Below are positions 51,417-62,401 of a stretch of DNA of 64,000 nucleotides, one piece after another. The stretch is from an uncultured Actinomycetes bacterium (GTDB lineage: Bacteria; Actinomycetota; Geothermincolia; Fen-727; JACVIW01): contig CAKZLU010000017.1 in assembly GCA_937127245.1 (NCBI GenBank), forward strand, positions 3,452 through 67,451. Direction: 5' to 3'. Positions within the stretch are counted from its first letter, which is position 1; every line of letters begins with the position of its first letter. The position numbers and the translations under genes are program-made. The notes under the pieces were generated by a model, which did not search any database, had not been told where the DNA came from, and was given only the letters and a program-made list of their open reading frames with translations.

Positions 51417-51934
51417 CTCCTTAAGTTTCCGCCCTCACTTCCAGGGGTTCATCCTCCCCGACGGACGGAAGCGCACCTTCCTTCGCTTCGAATATGGACC
51501 GAATAATATTATCCAACATCCACAACTCGTTATCACCTGCTTTGGGTGTGACGCCCCTTTGAATCTTCCGCCGGTCTCGAAGGGTAGGACATTGCCCGGA
51601 AACCAGCCGCAGGCATACCCCCTGAGAGAAATTTTCGGGGCTCCTTGGGTGGATCTCAAGGGGGATCGCTCAAGGGTGGAAAAAGGAGAGAGTTCACGCC
51701 ATCATCGGATGCCTATTGTGCTGGTCCGCCGGGGCTGGTAAAATATTTACAAGCCTCCCGCTTTTCGATGGTCCGCTTTTCTTGTCTGCCAGAGGTAAGT
51801 CAGGGAGGCTTCTGTTACATATGATCGATTGTTTTCTTCTTGAACTCGCTGGGCGAGGAGATTACAATGAGGAACCCTGTGGATCTTCAGTATACTCTTA
51901 GGCAGCAAACGAAAGGCAATCTTCATCATTACTC

Positions 51935-52948
51935 ATGGATATGCCGTTGCCATCTCGGGGTCCAAGTAGAGGTCGTCTCTTTCACCGGCGAGCAGTGCAG
52001 CGTCGCAAGCACCGCGGATGCGTAGTGAAGGACTCCCAGGGGGAGTCCGGCAAAGTTTCTCTTAATCCCCCCTCTGGAGAGAAAACCATACTACCACAGG
52101 ATGTAGCGGTGAGGCACAAAAGAAAGAACACGGATAAGCCCGCACCTGTTCCCGTTGAACACTATTCCAGGGAATACTATCTGACGTCGTTCGAGGATGA
52201 ACATCTGTTCGAGGACAGGGATTTCCGGGCGCCGGAGCGTGTCCTTGGCGCGTTGGATCTGGCGGGGGAATTGAAGGGTAAGCGCGTACTCGATGTCGGA
52301 TGCGGGCGCGGAATTCTTGCCTGCGACGCGGCCAAACGAGGCGCTCATGTTGTGGGCATCGACATCTCGGAGGCGGCTGTGGAGCTTGCCCACGAACTTC
52401 TTTCAGAGATGGATCCGGGGGATGCCGCGAGGGTCGAAATTCGCCTGCACGACGCGAAAAGCCTTCCTTTTCCACCGGACACCTTTGACGTTGTCTTCAT
52501 GATTGATATATGGGAGCACCTGCATCACCACGAAATTGAGAAAGTCCTCAGGGAAGTGAAGAGGGTGCTGCGAAGCGGGGGTCGTTTGATCGTCCACACG
52601 GGACCTAATACCTGGTTCTATAGCTACGGTTACCCGATTACAAAGTTCCTGGCGCGCGTGATTCTAAGACGCAAACTCCCCGAGACTCTCCGCAAGGAGT
52701 CTGATGCGGTGATGCACGTGAACGAACAAAGCCCGCTGTCGCTCTTCATGGCTCTCAGGGATGAGGGCTACCGGGCGAAAATACTTCCGAGGAGTTACCT
52801 GGTGGGAATAAACCCTTGCCGTTGGGAACGACTGGTCATGAAAGTGCTCTTTTCCAGGCCGGCAGGATATTTCTTCTGCACGAGCCTGATGGCCGTTGCG
52901 AAGCCCAATGAACGTAGCGCCGGCCAAGCAAGAGAACCCGCTCCTTAG
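51935..52948 (+). CDS. class I SAM-dependent methyltransferase
   Basis: Motif I VLDVGCGRGILA and motif II/post-I VVGIDIS, with a glycine-rich Rossmann fold. The true start is probably downstream of 51935. Confidence 0.7.
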   Translation: MDMPLPSRGPSRGRLFHRRAVQRRKHRGCVVKDSQGESGKVSLNPPSGEKTILPQDVAVRHKRKNTDKPAPVPVEHYSREYYLTSFEDEHLFEDRDFRAPERVLGALDLAGELKGKRVLDVGCGRGILACDAAKRGAHVVGIDISEAAVELAHELLSEMDPGDAARVEIRLHDAKSLPFPPDTFDVVFMIDIWEHLHHHEIEKVLREVKRVLRSGGRLIVHTGPNTWFYSYGYPITKFLARVILRRKLPETLRKESDAVMHVNEQSPLSLFMALRDEGYRAKILPRSYLVGINPCRWERLVMKVLFSRPAGYFFCTSLMAVAKPNERSAGQAREPAP

Positions 52949-53067
52949 GGAATCCATCTTCTTGCTTTCAATACCGGTGCCTGGCACCGATGTTGAATTC
53001 AGACCCGCTCATTCATGCAACCGAGAAGATGTGCGATACACGGCACAGGCAAGCCCCGGGTCATATT

Positions 53068-53853
53068 CTACGTCGCACCATCGAGGTTTGAGCTCTCCCA
53101 TGCCTTTCGGACCTTGTCCCTTGCAAGAAGAACGTACTCCTTCTCAGACACAAACGCCTCAAGCGTTATGGTTCCATCATAGAAGGTCTTTAAAAGTTTG
53201 AGATCTCTTCTCCAGTCTGTGGTTCCGCAGCCCAGCGGAAGATGAAGGTCATCCCGCCGGTTATTGTCGCTCATATGTACATGCCTTATCTTTTCCTTCA
53301 TGAGGTTGATGAAATCCGCCGGTCTGAATCCATTAAGGTTTGCGTGCCCCGTATCCAGATTAAGGTATAACTCCGGCACGCTTTCAAGAATAACCTTCGT
53401 GTTTTCCGGAGAATCATCAGGACCTATTCCATGCTCGAACATAATCCTGATGCCGAAAGAGTCAGCAACCTCAACAATCCTTTTCAAAGTTTCTACTTGA
53501 TAGTCGATTCTTTTCTCGAGAGAAAAAAGCGCGCCGGGAGCCCAGTTGGAATGAACTGTCACGTAGTTCGCGCCGAGACGCGCAAAGATGCCAAGCGCCC
53601 TTTTCACTTCACGTACCGATGCGTCTCTCAACGTCTTAAAAGGCGATCCGACAGGTATGTAGTAGGCGGTGTGACCCACAATCCCAAGACCGTAGCGGGA
53701 AAGCTGTCTTTCAATTTTCTTAGTGTCAATTAACTCGGGTACCGCTTTGTCCTCCTCTATGAAAAGATCGAGAAAATCAAATCCATTCTCCCCGATCCAT
53801 GCTATCTCCCCAGAGAGGTCCTTTGCCGGATTGTTTGGATAACCGATTTTCAC
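53068..53853 (-). CDS. sugar phosphate isomerase/epimerase (xylose isomerase-like TIM barrel)
   Basis: 261 aa with the AP-endonuclease 2 / xylose-isomerase-like TIM pattern (NYVTVHSNWAPG...FEHG...LNLDTGH). Confidence 0.75.
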   Translation of the reverse strand: MKIGYPNNPAKDLSGEIAWIGENGFDFLDLFIEEDKAVPELIDTKKIERQLSRYGLGIVGHTAYYIPVGSPFKTLRDASVREVKRALGIFARLGANYVTVHSNWAPGALFSLEKRIDYQVETLKRIVEVADSFGIRIMFEHGIGPDDSPENTKVILESVPELYLNLDTGHANLNGFRPADFINLMKEKIRHVHMSDNNRRDDLHLPLGCGTTDWRRDLKLLKTFYDGTITLEAFVSEKEYVLLARDKVRKAWESSNLDGAT

Positions 53854-54271
53854 TGCGTCCGCTGGATGGTATCTCCAGCCTCCTCCCTTCGTTCATCCAT
53901 GCCGCAACATAGTAATTCAACCTTTAAGACAATTATGAGTTATCACACGCCTATTAGATTTATATTGAAACCAGGACGCGTCATCGCACTTAAACGGTTT
54001 AATTTACTTATTTATTTTTACGGAAATCAATCGCGGAAAACTCATTTGGTCTCAAGCATTCTTCTTTTGATGAGAAAAATGTATAATCTGTGAAAATCGG
54101 TCAACAAAAACTGATGTTGCGCTCTCTGGAGAACGTAACAAAGTTTTACAAACAACGGGCAATCGGGGGGTTATCCTGAAACAACAAAAGCTTCCTTTCT
54201 GGGCAAAGTTAGCTTACAGCTCCGGCTCGGCGGGATTTTCTCTTATAGACAGAATAGTAATCACCTGGCTT

Positions 54272-55492
54272 ATGTACTATTACGTGACAGGGGTCGGGGA
54301 TGGAAAAACTCTCGTCGGCCCAGCTGCGTTCGGCGCGATAATGCTTTTTGGAAGAATAGTTGACGCGATAGCCGACCCGCTCGTTGCCCTGTGGTCAGAC
54401 AATCTCGAAAGCAAACGCGGCAGAAGGACCCCATTTCTTCTTGCGGGCGGCATAACCTACGTCGTAATCTACATCGCGCTGTTCCTCCCCCCTGTCAAAA
54501 GAAATTCTCCCTGGAACGCCGCCTATCTTGCCCTTTTTCTCGGTTTGTACTTCTTCATATTCACAGTGTACGTTTGCCCTTATCTTGCTCTTCTGCCGGA
54601 AATCGCGCGGACCAACAAGGACAGGGTTGACCTTTCCACGATAAAAGCGGCTTTCAGCCTTTTTGGAGTCGCTGTTGCCATGATAGGTTCCGGCTTACTC
54701 ATCGGAGCGTTGGGTTTCCACGGCATGCTGATTGTCCTTGGAATATTTTCGCTGGTGCTTCTCTACATCCCGCTTTTGGTGAAAGAAAAAGAATATGCGC
54801 ATGCTCAACCCGCAACATTGAAACTGGTAAGAGCTATTAAAACAACTTTCAAAAACCGAGCTTTCCGCATATATCTGGTCGCCAATGTTGCTTTCTGGCT
54901 TGGCTTTAACATAATCACGCTGGGAGTCCCATTTTATGTGACGGTTCTGCTCGGAAAATCAGAAGAAGCCACAGCGCTTTACTTTGGGGTGATACTCGGA
55001 GTGTCCGCCCTCGCCTTCCCCTTCGTGAACATATTCGCAAAAAGATATGGTCTGAAGCTTTCCATGATTGTCTCGATGCTTCTGTTTGTCATCATGCTCC
55101 CTCTCATCTACTTTGTGGGGAAACCCGCTGTGGGTCTTTCCAAAGAAATGTTCGCTCTTCTGGTAATGGGAATAGCCGGAGTTCCGCTCGCTGGGCTTTT
55201 CGTTGTGCCCGATGCGATAGTTGCTGCCGTGTCCGACCTGGAGGAAAGGCTCTCTGGGGAAAGGCGCGAGGCGATGTACTTCGGCACCCAGGGTTTCATT
55301 CTCAAAGCCGCCATGGGACTTTCGACACTGCTTACTGGCTTACTTTTCCAACTGTTCGGCAAGAGCACCGCGCGCCCGCTCGGGATCCAGCTCACCGGGG
55401 TGGTTGCGTCTCTGTTCATACTTGCCGGTCTCCTCTCTTTCCTGCGGTATCCCGAAAAGGAAGTAAATGAGGTGCAGCTTAGGCAAACATGA
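54272..55492 (+). CDS. MFS transporter, GPH (glycoside-pentoside-hexuronide:cation symporter)-like
   Basis: Twelve-TM pattern with GPH-like loop motifs (SKRGRRTPFLL). The open frame extends upstream to 54140 (...KLPFWAKLAYSSGSAGF) with no canonical start there. Confidence 0.7.
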   Translation: MYYYVTGVGDGKTLVGPAAFGAIMLFGRIVDAIADPLVALWSDNLESKRGRRTPFLLAGGITYVVIYIALFLPPVKRNSPWNAAYLALFLGLYFFIFTVYVCPYLALLPEIARTNKDRVDLSTIKAAFSLFGVAVAMIGSGLLIGALGFHGMLIVLGIFSLVLLYIPLLVKEKEYAHAQPATLKLVRAIKTTFKNRAFRIYLVANVAFWLGFNIITLGVPFYVTVLLGKSEEATALYFGVILGVSALAFPFVNIFAKRYGLKLSMIVSMLLFVIMLPLIYFVGKPAVGLSKEMFALLVMGIAGVPLAGLFVVPDAIVAAVSDLEERLSGERREAMYFGTQGFILKAAMGLSTLLTGLLFQLFGKSTARPLGIQLTGVVASLFILAGLLSFLRYPEKEVNEVQLRQT

Positions 55493-55914
55493 TTCTTTTG
55501 TTGACCCGAGGGAAGGTGGCTCACCTAAAATGCGAACCGCTTTGGGAAAACGTTACTCGACGAGCTTTCATGCCGCTGATGCGTGGCGTTGACGACATCT
55601 ACACGAACCACACTATACTCTGTGTTTTTTCTGCCGCTGATGCGCGGCATGGACACAGCAAAACGGTTCAAGGTTAGCTATCCAATAATTTGAAGGGGCA
55701 AACCTTCAGGGCTAAAATCCAGATAAGCAAAAAAGAGCGAAGGAAAAGCGCTTCCGGAATGGAGCCATCAAAGAGAAATGTCTTAAAAGAAAACCCTTGC
55801 GAAAACGGGTAAGCCACCCATAATTAATAAAATTTCCCCGCTTATTCTTTTTCTATTTGTCTTATGCTTCTTTCTTTTATTTCAAATCCCGGTTGCTGGC
55901 AGTGAAGTGCCTTT

Positions 55915-57143
55915 TTATTCATGCGGCGGGGTGGGAGTGAACCTGTACCCGGACGATCTGGGTGCGGATTTTCAGTCGTCGTGCGCCACGCTCGAAAGGG
56001 TTACAGACCTCGGGTTTCGTTTTTTAAGAACTGATTTTCCCTAAAGCGAGCTTGAACCCAGCCCTGGAAGATGGGACGAGAACAGATTCGAGTGGTTAAA
56101 GGGGTATCTTGAGATTGCCGAAAGTAGAGGTTGTTTTAGGAGCCGCGCCAGAATGGGCTCGCGCGCTGTACCGCGAAAATCCCACTTCTTTTTTCCGCAG
56201 ATTTTGTAAATATTCAAAGGAGGTCGCCAGAAAGTTTGGCATTCACGTCCATTATTATCAAGTGTGGACGAAGCCATCAGCCCCCTCGATTTCGTGCTTC
56301 CATGGGATGACCCCAAAGTTTTCTGGGCGTGTTCTCTTAGAGTCAAAGCGGCGGACGCAAGTTCAGAGATAATCGTAAATTTAATTTCCTCAGTGCCCTG
56401 GTGGGAGCTCATTCTCAACTACTGGATGCTTACGCCTGGCGACCGGATAGACATCATCGGTCTCGACCATTATCCCGGAACCTGGTATTTCGGCAAATAC
56501 TCAGACTGGGCTCCGCTTGAGAGAATCTGCGCCAAAACCCTTGACCGACACGACCCATGCTTCAGGAAACACGCCGTACAGGAAACCGGATTTTCCACGT
56601 TCCTGCCCTTTTTTCACAGCGAGGAGAATAAAAAAGTGGATCGAGACATCACTTGGAGCGGTCAAGAGGATGAATTGACAACCACAATCTCTCATCACCA
56701 TCTAAAATCCTTTCCGTCTGTTTTTACGAGCTTTATGACGCGGGCTTCAAACCTGGCTTCTGGGTCGAGGACTACTTCGGGATTATCAGAAAAGATAGTT
56801 CCGAAAAGCCCGGTTATCAAAGCCTTAAAAGATGCGTGAGCGATTTCGGCTAAGACGCCGAGCCGCCGGTTGGCTCGGTTCTCATAAACGGGGGAGCCCC
56901 CTCACGCTTTCGAGACGCGTTAGGCTCAAGATAGAGGCAAGTGATTTTTCGGGTGTTTCGCAAATGTGTGTCTCAGACAACGAACCCGCAAGACCTGATT
57001 CCTGTCGGTGGCAGCATTACGACGAGAACCTGAGATGGACACTTAACCCAGGACCCGGATTAAAAACGGTTTACGTGCTCCTTGAGGATTATTGGGGTAA
57101 TACGTCCTCGCCGCTTTGCGCAAGCATTCTGCTGGTGAGATGA
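55915..57143 (+). pseudogene. TIM-barrel glycoside hydrolase-like gene fragmented by multiple frameshifts
   Basis: Overlapping ORFs in three frames (56109-56372, 56264-56839, 56832-57143 and unlisted fragments from ~55915). They carry GH-like segments (IDIIGLDHYPGTWYF, GFWVEDYFGIIRKD). Confidence 0.4.
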
Positions 57144-57163
57144 GTTAATTTCCTCCGCTTAGC

Positions 57164-58060
57164 TTACGCCTCCCCTCGCAGATTCTCGGAGAAGGATTCG
57201 GCTATTTCCTCGCCCCCAAACCGTGAAAGAAGCGCCGTTCCTAAAAGTATCACCGAGAATGCGACAATCCTGATCGCAGACATTGCCCTTTCCTGCGGCA
57301 GGGCTTCGCCCAGAGCGATAATCCCGCCGATTATCGCAACAACCTTATTGAGCACAGCCTCCAAGGACACGACTATGAGCGCCTTTCCGTGCTGAAAGCC
57401 GCTTTGCATCACCCCAATTCCAACCAGATAAGAAAAGATCAAAACTGGCAGACAGATGAGATACGCAAGAAGGGGCTTTCCCGCCTCGGCGCATAGAAAC
57501 ATGGCTTTGATGAAAAGCGCGCCGAGTCCAACGAAAAGCCCGGATACCATGCCCAGAAGCGAATCTACCCTTAAAGCGCCAAGCTTCCCCCTCCTCCCAA
57601 GAAGATAAGAAATAAGAGAAATTGCCAGTATCGCCGCGGTAATGAGGATCAGGCGAAACCACTCAGGGGTTATCCCGCGAACTTTCTCCTCTCCCGCGGT
57701 GCTCACCCCCAGAAGGACCATGCCAACTATCATCCCGAAGACCGCGATCCATTCGAGGGCTTTTATCTTTTCCTTCAGGTAAAAGACGCTGAAGACCGCG
57801 AGCACCGCAAGCCCTACCCCGAGCGTCGGCTGGATTATCGAGATTGGAGCGAACTTGGTGCTGACGAAGAAAAGACCCCAGCCGCCCAGAAGAGCTCCAG
57901 TTCCGGCAAGCCATACGCGGCTTGTGAAGAAGGCTTTGACCACTCCCTTCTCGCTGCCGATCTTCGGCAATTTCGAAGCGCCTCTTTTCTGGAGAGCCAT
58001 TCCGAAATTCATTAAAGATGTCGCAAGCACCGCAAGTAGGATAGCCTGCCATACGGTCAT
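57164..58060 (-). CDS. NIPA-like / DMT-superfamily membrane transporter
   Basis: 298 aa with ~9 TM helices. N-terminus LMNFGMALQKRG is reminiscent of NIPA Mg2+ transporters. Confidence 0.5.
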   Translation of the reverse strand: MTVWQAILLAVLATSLMNFGMALQKRGASKLPKIGSEKGVVKAFFTSRVWLAGTGALLGGWGLFFVSTKFAPISIIQPTLGVGLAVLAVFSVFYLKEKIKALEWIAVFGMIVGMVLLGVSTAGEEKVRGITPEWFRLILITAAILAISLISYLLGRRGKLGALRVDSLLGMVSGLFVGLGALFIKAMFLCAEAGKPLLAYLICLPVLIFSYLVGIGVMQSGFQHGKALIVVSLEAVLNKVVAIIGGIIALGEALPQERAMSAIRIVAFSVILLGTALLSRFGGEEIAESFSENLRGEA

Positions 58061-58111
58061 CTTATCCTCCTTTGGAGAACGGTGAGAACTCCTTCTTACC
58101 TGATAGGGGCT

Positions 58112-58933
58112 TTAATCAAATTTCACATGGGCGCGGATGCGCTCGTAGGCGTTTTCAAGAAAATCCGCGTCCTCGATAATAATGCATATGTTTTTGCGGG
58201 GACAAACCTCCACGCACCGACCGCACCCGCGGCACCTCTCTGAAATCCGCGCCTTGCCTTCTTTTATGGTGATCGCCTGAATATAGCAGCGCTCGGCGCA
58301 CTTACCGCAAGCGGCGCAATCATCCCCCGCTTGTATTTTCAACCCGTCAAGCCTGGGAAAGAGGTCGTCAAGAACGCGCATCGGCGCGTGAGACGTGAAA
58401 CGCGTAATGCAGCAGCACTCGCAGCAAAAACAAACCGTAAGAAGCCTTCCCCTATCCGGTATTGAAAACAGAGCGTTATCTATGCGAGCTTTGCCTACGA
58501 CCGGCACGAGACCGGCATCAACAGCGCGCCGTGCGTGCTCCTTCGCCTCCTGAACGCTTACCTCACGGCAAGATTTTGAGCGACCTTCAACAGCGGAATC
58601 CCCCATGAGCAAACATCCAATCTCCACCGGATAATTTCTGCAGGAGTAAGCCTCCCTGCAGCCGCAGTAGGTGTAAATCACTCTGTGGGAAGCCTCTTCG
58701 ATAAGCCTACCCAGAAGACTTAAAGGCAGGGGCGCGTTTTCCGGCATCTCAATTTCAGCGTTAATTGGAAGCCAGCGCATGTCCGTCTTTCCGGGATCAA
58801 ACCAGGGGTGGTAGCGCATGAAGGGAAACCTGGCAAGCCTGAAAACCTTTTCGATAAGGTCAAGCGAGAATCTGAGCGTCTTTTTATCTCTCTTGTCCAA
58901 GATTTTGCTTCCCCTCATCAAGAAACTCTCCAC
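58112..58933 (-). CDS. 4Fe-4S dicluster domain protein
   Basis: Two CxxCxxCxxxCP ferredoxin motifs (CAACGKCAERC, CRGCGRCVEVCP) plus an N-terminal cysteine-rich domain. Confidence 0.6.
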   Translation of the reverse strand: MESFLMRGSKILDKRDKKTLRFSLDLIEKVFRLARFPFMRYHPWFDPGKTDMRWLPINAEIEMPENAPLPLSLLGRLIEEASHRVIYTYCGCREAYSCRNYPVEIGCLLMGDSAVEGRSKSCREVSVQEAKEHARRAVDAGLVPVVGKARIDNALFSIPDRGRLLTVCFCCECCCITRFTSHAPMRVLDDLFPRLDGLKIQAGDDCAACGKCAERCYIQAITIKEGKARISERCRGCGRCVEVCPRKNICIIIEDADFLENAYERIRAHVKFD

Positions 58934-59221
58934 GTTGAAGTGGCACAGCCACCTCTCATCAAGCGGACCGTCCGGTCGCTTCTCGAAAAAGCGCTGCGCT
59001 ATAACCTGATTTCTTTAATCAAAAAACGCCCTCGCTTACGCTGAAAGCGACCCGACCTCCCCTAAAAACGGCATGAACTTATTTCAGGTTGGCCACTATC
59101 TATCACAAATGACAAAGATGCGCTAATCTTTTGGAACGTCTGATGATAAGTCTGATGGTTGTAAAGATGTTTGATAGGCTTACGGGTCTAACCGAGATCC
59201 CGAGATTCTTAGGGAAATGAG

Positions 59222-60478
59222 ATGGGAAAAAGGAATTTTTACTACGGCTGGTTGATTGTGGGCGTTGCTTTCTTCGCCCTTTTTCTCAATTACGGAATCA
59301 GAAACACAAGTACGGTCCTTTTCAAAGACGTTGTCAAAGACATCGGGGTGAGCAGGGGCGCTGGCTCCATTCCCTTTACGGTGATGGTCGCCCTCTACGC
59401 CATCGGCGCGCCAATCGTAGGAAAACTGATTGACAAGTTCGGACCCAGTCGAATCCTGCCGACCGGTCTTGCCCTCGCGGGGTTGGGGCTTTGTCTTTGC
59501 TCGAAGATATCCAATCTTGCGACCTTCATCCTTTTTTTCGGAATAATATTCGGGATTGGAGGAAACGGCATCGGGCTTGTTCCCACCAATACGGCGGTCG
59601 CCTCATGGTTCAGACGCAGGATGGGTCTTGCGCTCGGTATCGCCTCCGTGGGCATAGGGCTCGGAACGGTCATCATACCTCCCCTCACCCAATGGGTGCT
59701 TTCAACCTGGGGATGGAGAGCATCTTTCCTTTTTTTGGGATTATTAACCTCAGTCAGCGCGATACCCGCTTACCTCATAATGAGAAAAGAAAGAGACCAA
59801 AGAAACATAAATCATTTAAATGATTTTCCGGATAACTCTGGGGGAATCAAGCGAAATCTCTCCGATGCTCCCTCAGTTCTGCCCGATGGTGACTGGACCC
59901 TTCGCGAAGCGCTGCGCTCCGCAAATCTCTGGAAAATATTCTTTTCCTTCGTAATCCTTGTCGTCGCTCTCTACGGCGTTCTGCTTCATCAGGTTCCCTA
60001 CGCCACTGACAAAGGCATAAGCAAATCAATGGCGACCCTATCCGTCACGGTTGCCGGAATCTCAAGCATCGCGGGAAGGTTTTTCTTCGGGTGGCTTTCG
60101 GACAAGACAAAAACAAGAAAACTCGCTATATATCCCGCCTACATAATGGTGACAATCGCGCTGGTAATTCTCATATACATCAAAAATAGCTTAATGCTTT
60201 TTGCCTACGCAGCGGTCTATGGTTTGGGTTATGCCGCTTACGGTCCGGTGCTGCCCGCCATTGTTGCGGACATTTTCGGCAAGAAAAACATGGGCTCGAT
60301 ATTCGGAGCGGTAACGGCCGGGGGCGCGATCGGGGGCGCTGTGGGACCTTACGTAACGGGACTACTATACGATTTGACGGGCGGGTATGCATATGCCTGG
60401 CTTCTCGGGATAATTTGCTCGCTCATCTCGTTCGCTCTGATAGCAAGCGTTAAATATCCCTCGCGCCTCAAGCCCTAA
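59222..60478 (+). CDS. MFS transporter, oxalate/formate antiporter (OFA)-like
   Basis: N-terminus NFYYGWLIVGVAFFALFLNYG is typical of the OFA family. Twelve predicted TMs. Confidence 0.8.
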   Translation: MGKRNFYYGWLIVGVAFFALFLNYGIRNTSTVLFKDVVKDIGVSRGAGSIPFTVMVALYAIGAPIVGKLIDKFGPSRILPTGLALAGLGLCLCSKISNLATFILFFGIIFGIGGNGIGLVPTNTAVASWFRRRMGLALGIASVGIGLGTVIIPPLTQWVLSTWGWRASFLFLGLLTSVSAIPAYLIMRKERDQRNINHLNDFPDNSGGIKRNLSDAPSVLPDGDWTLREALRSANLWKIFFSFVILVVALYGVLLHQVPYATDKGISKSMATLSVTVAGISSIAGRFFFGWLSDKTKTRKLAIYPAYIMVTIALVILIYIKNSLMLFAYAAVYGLGYAAYGPVLPAIVADIFGKKNMGSIFGAVTAGGAIGGAVGPYVTGLLYDLTGGYAYAWLLGIICSLISFALIASVKYPSRLKP

Positions 60479-60611
60479 AAGGAACCTTTAATTTACGCAC
60501 CTAAACGTGCAGGAGGAGGGCGCCTCACCACGGGAATTATCCCTTTAAGATTTGCCTTTTTTAAAACGCTTGCCAAACGCGCGCTTTCGAAAGGGAATAC
60601 GAGGTCGCTTT

Positions 60612-62108
60612 TTAGTCGGAGCGCGAGAAAACTTTTCTTACAAGCCTTGCCGCAAAAAGGGCAAGAAGCGCCGTTTGACCTAACAAAATCGGGCGCAGCG
60701 AGTTCATCATGATCTCGTAAGGTCTGTAGTCCACATTAAGCGACAGGCTTTTGCCAAGCCGATCCATCGCGATTAATTCCGCCACGCGATTCGCCGTCCA
60801 TATAGCCGCTTCCATTCCTCCAGAGCTTACGGGCGTCTTCGTGTAATCTCCGGCAAGGTAAAAATTTAGGAAGGGGGTTCTCTGGAACGGTCTGTACCTC
60901 TCCATTCCCGGGAACGGGCGGTAAACACCCTGTCTTACCCTGACAAGCTTCCATTTGTTCACCTCGGCGTTTTTAGCCTCTGGGAAAATCTCCAAAAACT
61001 GCTTGTAGGCTTGATCGAAAATCACCTTGTCTGAAAGACCAAGCAGGTAGTCAGCCGGCGATATGACCAACTCGAACATGCTTCCGCCTTTGAACACATG
61101 CGGAATCACGTTAGATAGGTCAGCGTAAGTGTTGAATATGCAACCGTTTGAAAAGAATGTGCAGTCGATATCGGTCAATTTTCTGTCGAACCAGATTTGA
61201 AGCGACATTGAAGGAGCCATCTTGAAGTGAACAAGCTGCCTGAAGTACTCGAAGCCGAGCGCTTCTGCAGGAAGTATCCGAAGAAGTGAATGCGGATCGA
61301 TAGCCGAGACGAATATGTCCGCCTCGAGCTTTTCTCCGTCCTCGGTTAAAGCGCTTTTAACCTCAAGTCCTCGCACCTCAAGAGCGCTCAAGCGCTTGTT
61401 TTTCCAGGCTTCACCGCCGCGCTCACGAATGTATTTAAGGCAGTTGTCAACCCATATGTCCCCCAGACCGCCATTAGCAAAGCCTATGCGTGAGTTTTTC
61501 GCGGAAACGAACATCTTGGTAAACCAGTTAACCATCACTTTCGCTGAGACCTCATAAGGCAGACTAAAAGTCAGCCCTCTGATGGCCGGCTCCATAAGCG
61601 GGCGCATGGCGTCGTAAAACGTGTAGCGGCACAGCAGTGATTCCATGCTTATTTCATCGAGCCTGTCCAGATTCAAAAGACCTCTTAAAACACCTATTCC
61701 GAGCGGTAAAAGGCTTGCCAGCACTTTCCATCTGGGGACTTCGTCAAAATCTTTAAGCAAATGCAGAAAAGCGTAAATCGCGTGACCTGGAGGAGGCAAG
61801 GGGGCGAATTTGAGAACCGCCTGACGCCCTCCCTTCATCGCGTAGTAGAAAGAGGTATCCTTCCAAATGATATTTTCGGAGATGCCGAGTTTATCAAAGA
61901 AGTTTAAGAGGTTGACATAGTAGGGCATGAAAACGTGTAAAGCGTTGTCAACCGTGTCCCCGTCCTCATCAATCCATGAACTTGCCCTCCCCCCGAAAAT
62001 CTCATCCGCCTCGTAAAGCGATACCTCTAGACCCAAGTCCAAAAGATTGATCGCGGTTGCAAGCCCGCTCATCCCTCCGCCAATCACGACAGCCTTCACC
62101 TTTCCCAC
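60612..62108 (-). CDS. FAD-dependent oxidoreductase (amine oxidase / phytoene desaturase-like)
   Basis: Dinucleotide-binding motif VVIGGGMSGLATA...LYEADEIFGGRA. Likely GTG start at 62108; the annotated frame extends to 62324 with a non-homologous extension. Confidence 0.75.
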   Translation of the reverse strand: MGKVKAVVIGGGMSGLATAINLLDLGLEVSLYEADEIFGGRASSWIDEDGDTVDNALHVFMPYYVNLLNFFDKLGISENIIWKDTSFYYAMKGGRQAVLKFAPLPPPGHAIYAFLHLLKDFDEVPRWKVLASLLPLGIGVLRGLLNLDRLDEISMESLLCRYTFYDAMRPLMEPAIRGLTFSLPYEVSAKVMVNWFTKMFVSAKNSRIGFANGGLGDIWVDNCLKYIRERGGEAWKNKRLSALEVRGLEVKSALTEDGEKLEADIFVSAIDPHSLLRILPAEALGFEYFRQLVHFKMAPSMSLQIWFDRKLTDIDCTFFSNGCIFNTYADLSNVIPHVFKGGSMFELVISPADYLLGLSDKVIFDQAYKQFLEIFPEAKNAEVNKWKLVRVRQGVYRPFPGMERYRPFQRTPFLNFYLAGDYTKTPVSSGGMEAAIWTANRVAELIAMDRLGKSLSLNVDYRPYEIMMNSLRPILLGQTALLALFAARLVRKVFSRSD

Positions 62109-62401
62109 CCCCTTGAAGGTCGATGACCCCAAACACAATAAGTGAAATATTTGGACCTGTTTTCCGCAAAAAACCTGAATGTTTAAGTAATTATATATTC
62201 CAAAGAGCGCAAATCCGTGGCTTTTCAATTTAATAACCGGTTTCGTATCAGGCGATGCCGGTGGGGCTAAAATATCATAAGAAGGTTTGATATTTCTCCA
62301 CGTTTTGGAAAATGGCAAAGCCAATCACGTTAGGATTAAATATCAAGTCTGGATGTCGTAAGACGGAAAAGGACTAACGAGCCGTATGAATTGGAGGATA
62401 G

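Noticed and set aside
62109-62324. N-terminal 72-aa extension of the FAD-dependent oxidoreductase ORF
   Set aside because: The dinucleotide-binding motif begins right after an internal GTG at 62108. Rossmann-fold flavoproteins normally start within ~5 aa of the GxGxxG motif, so the extension is probably untranslated.
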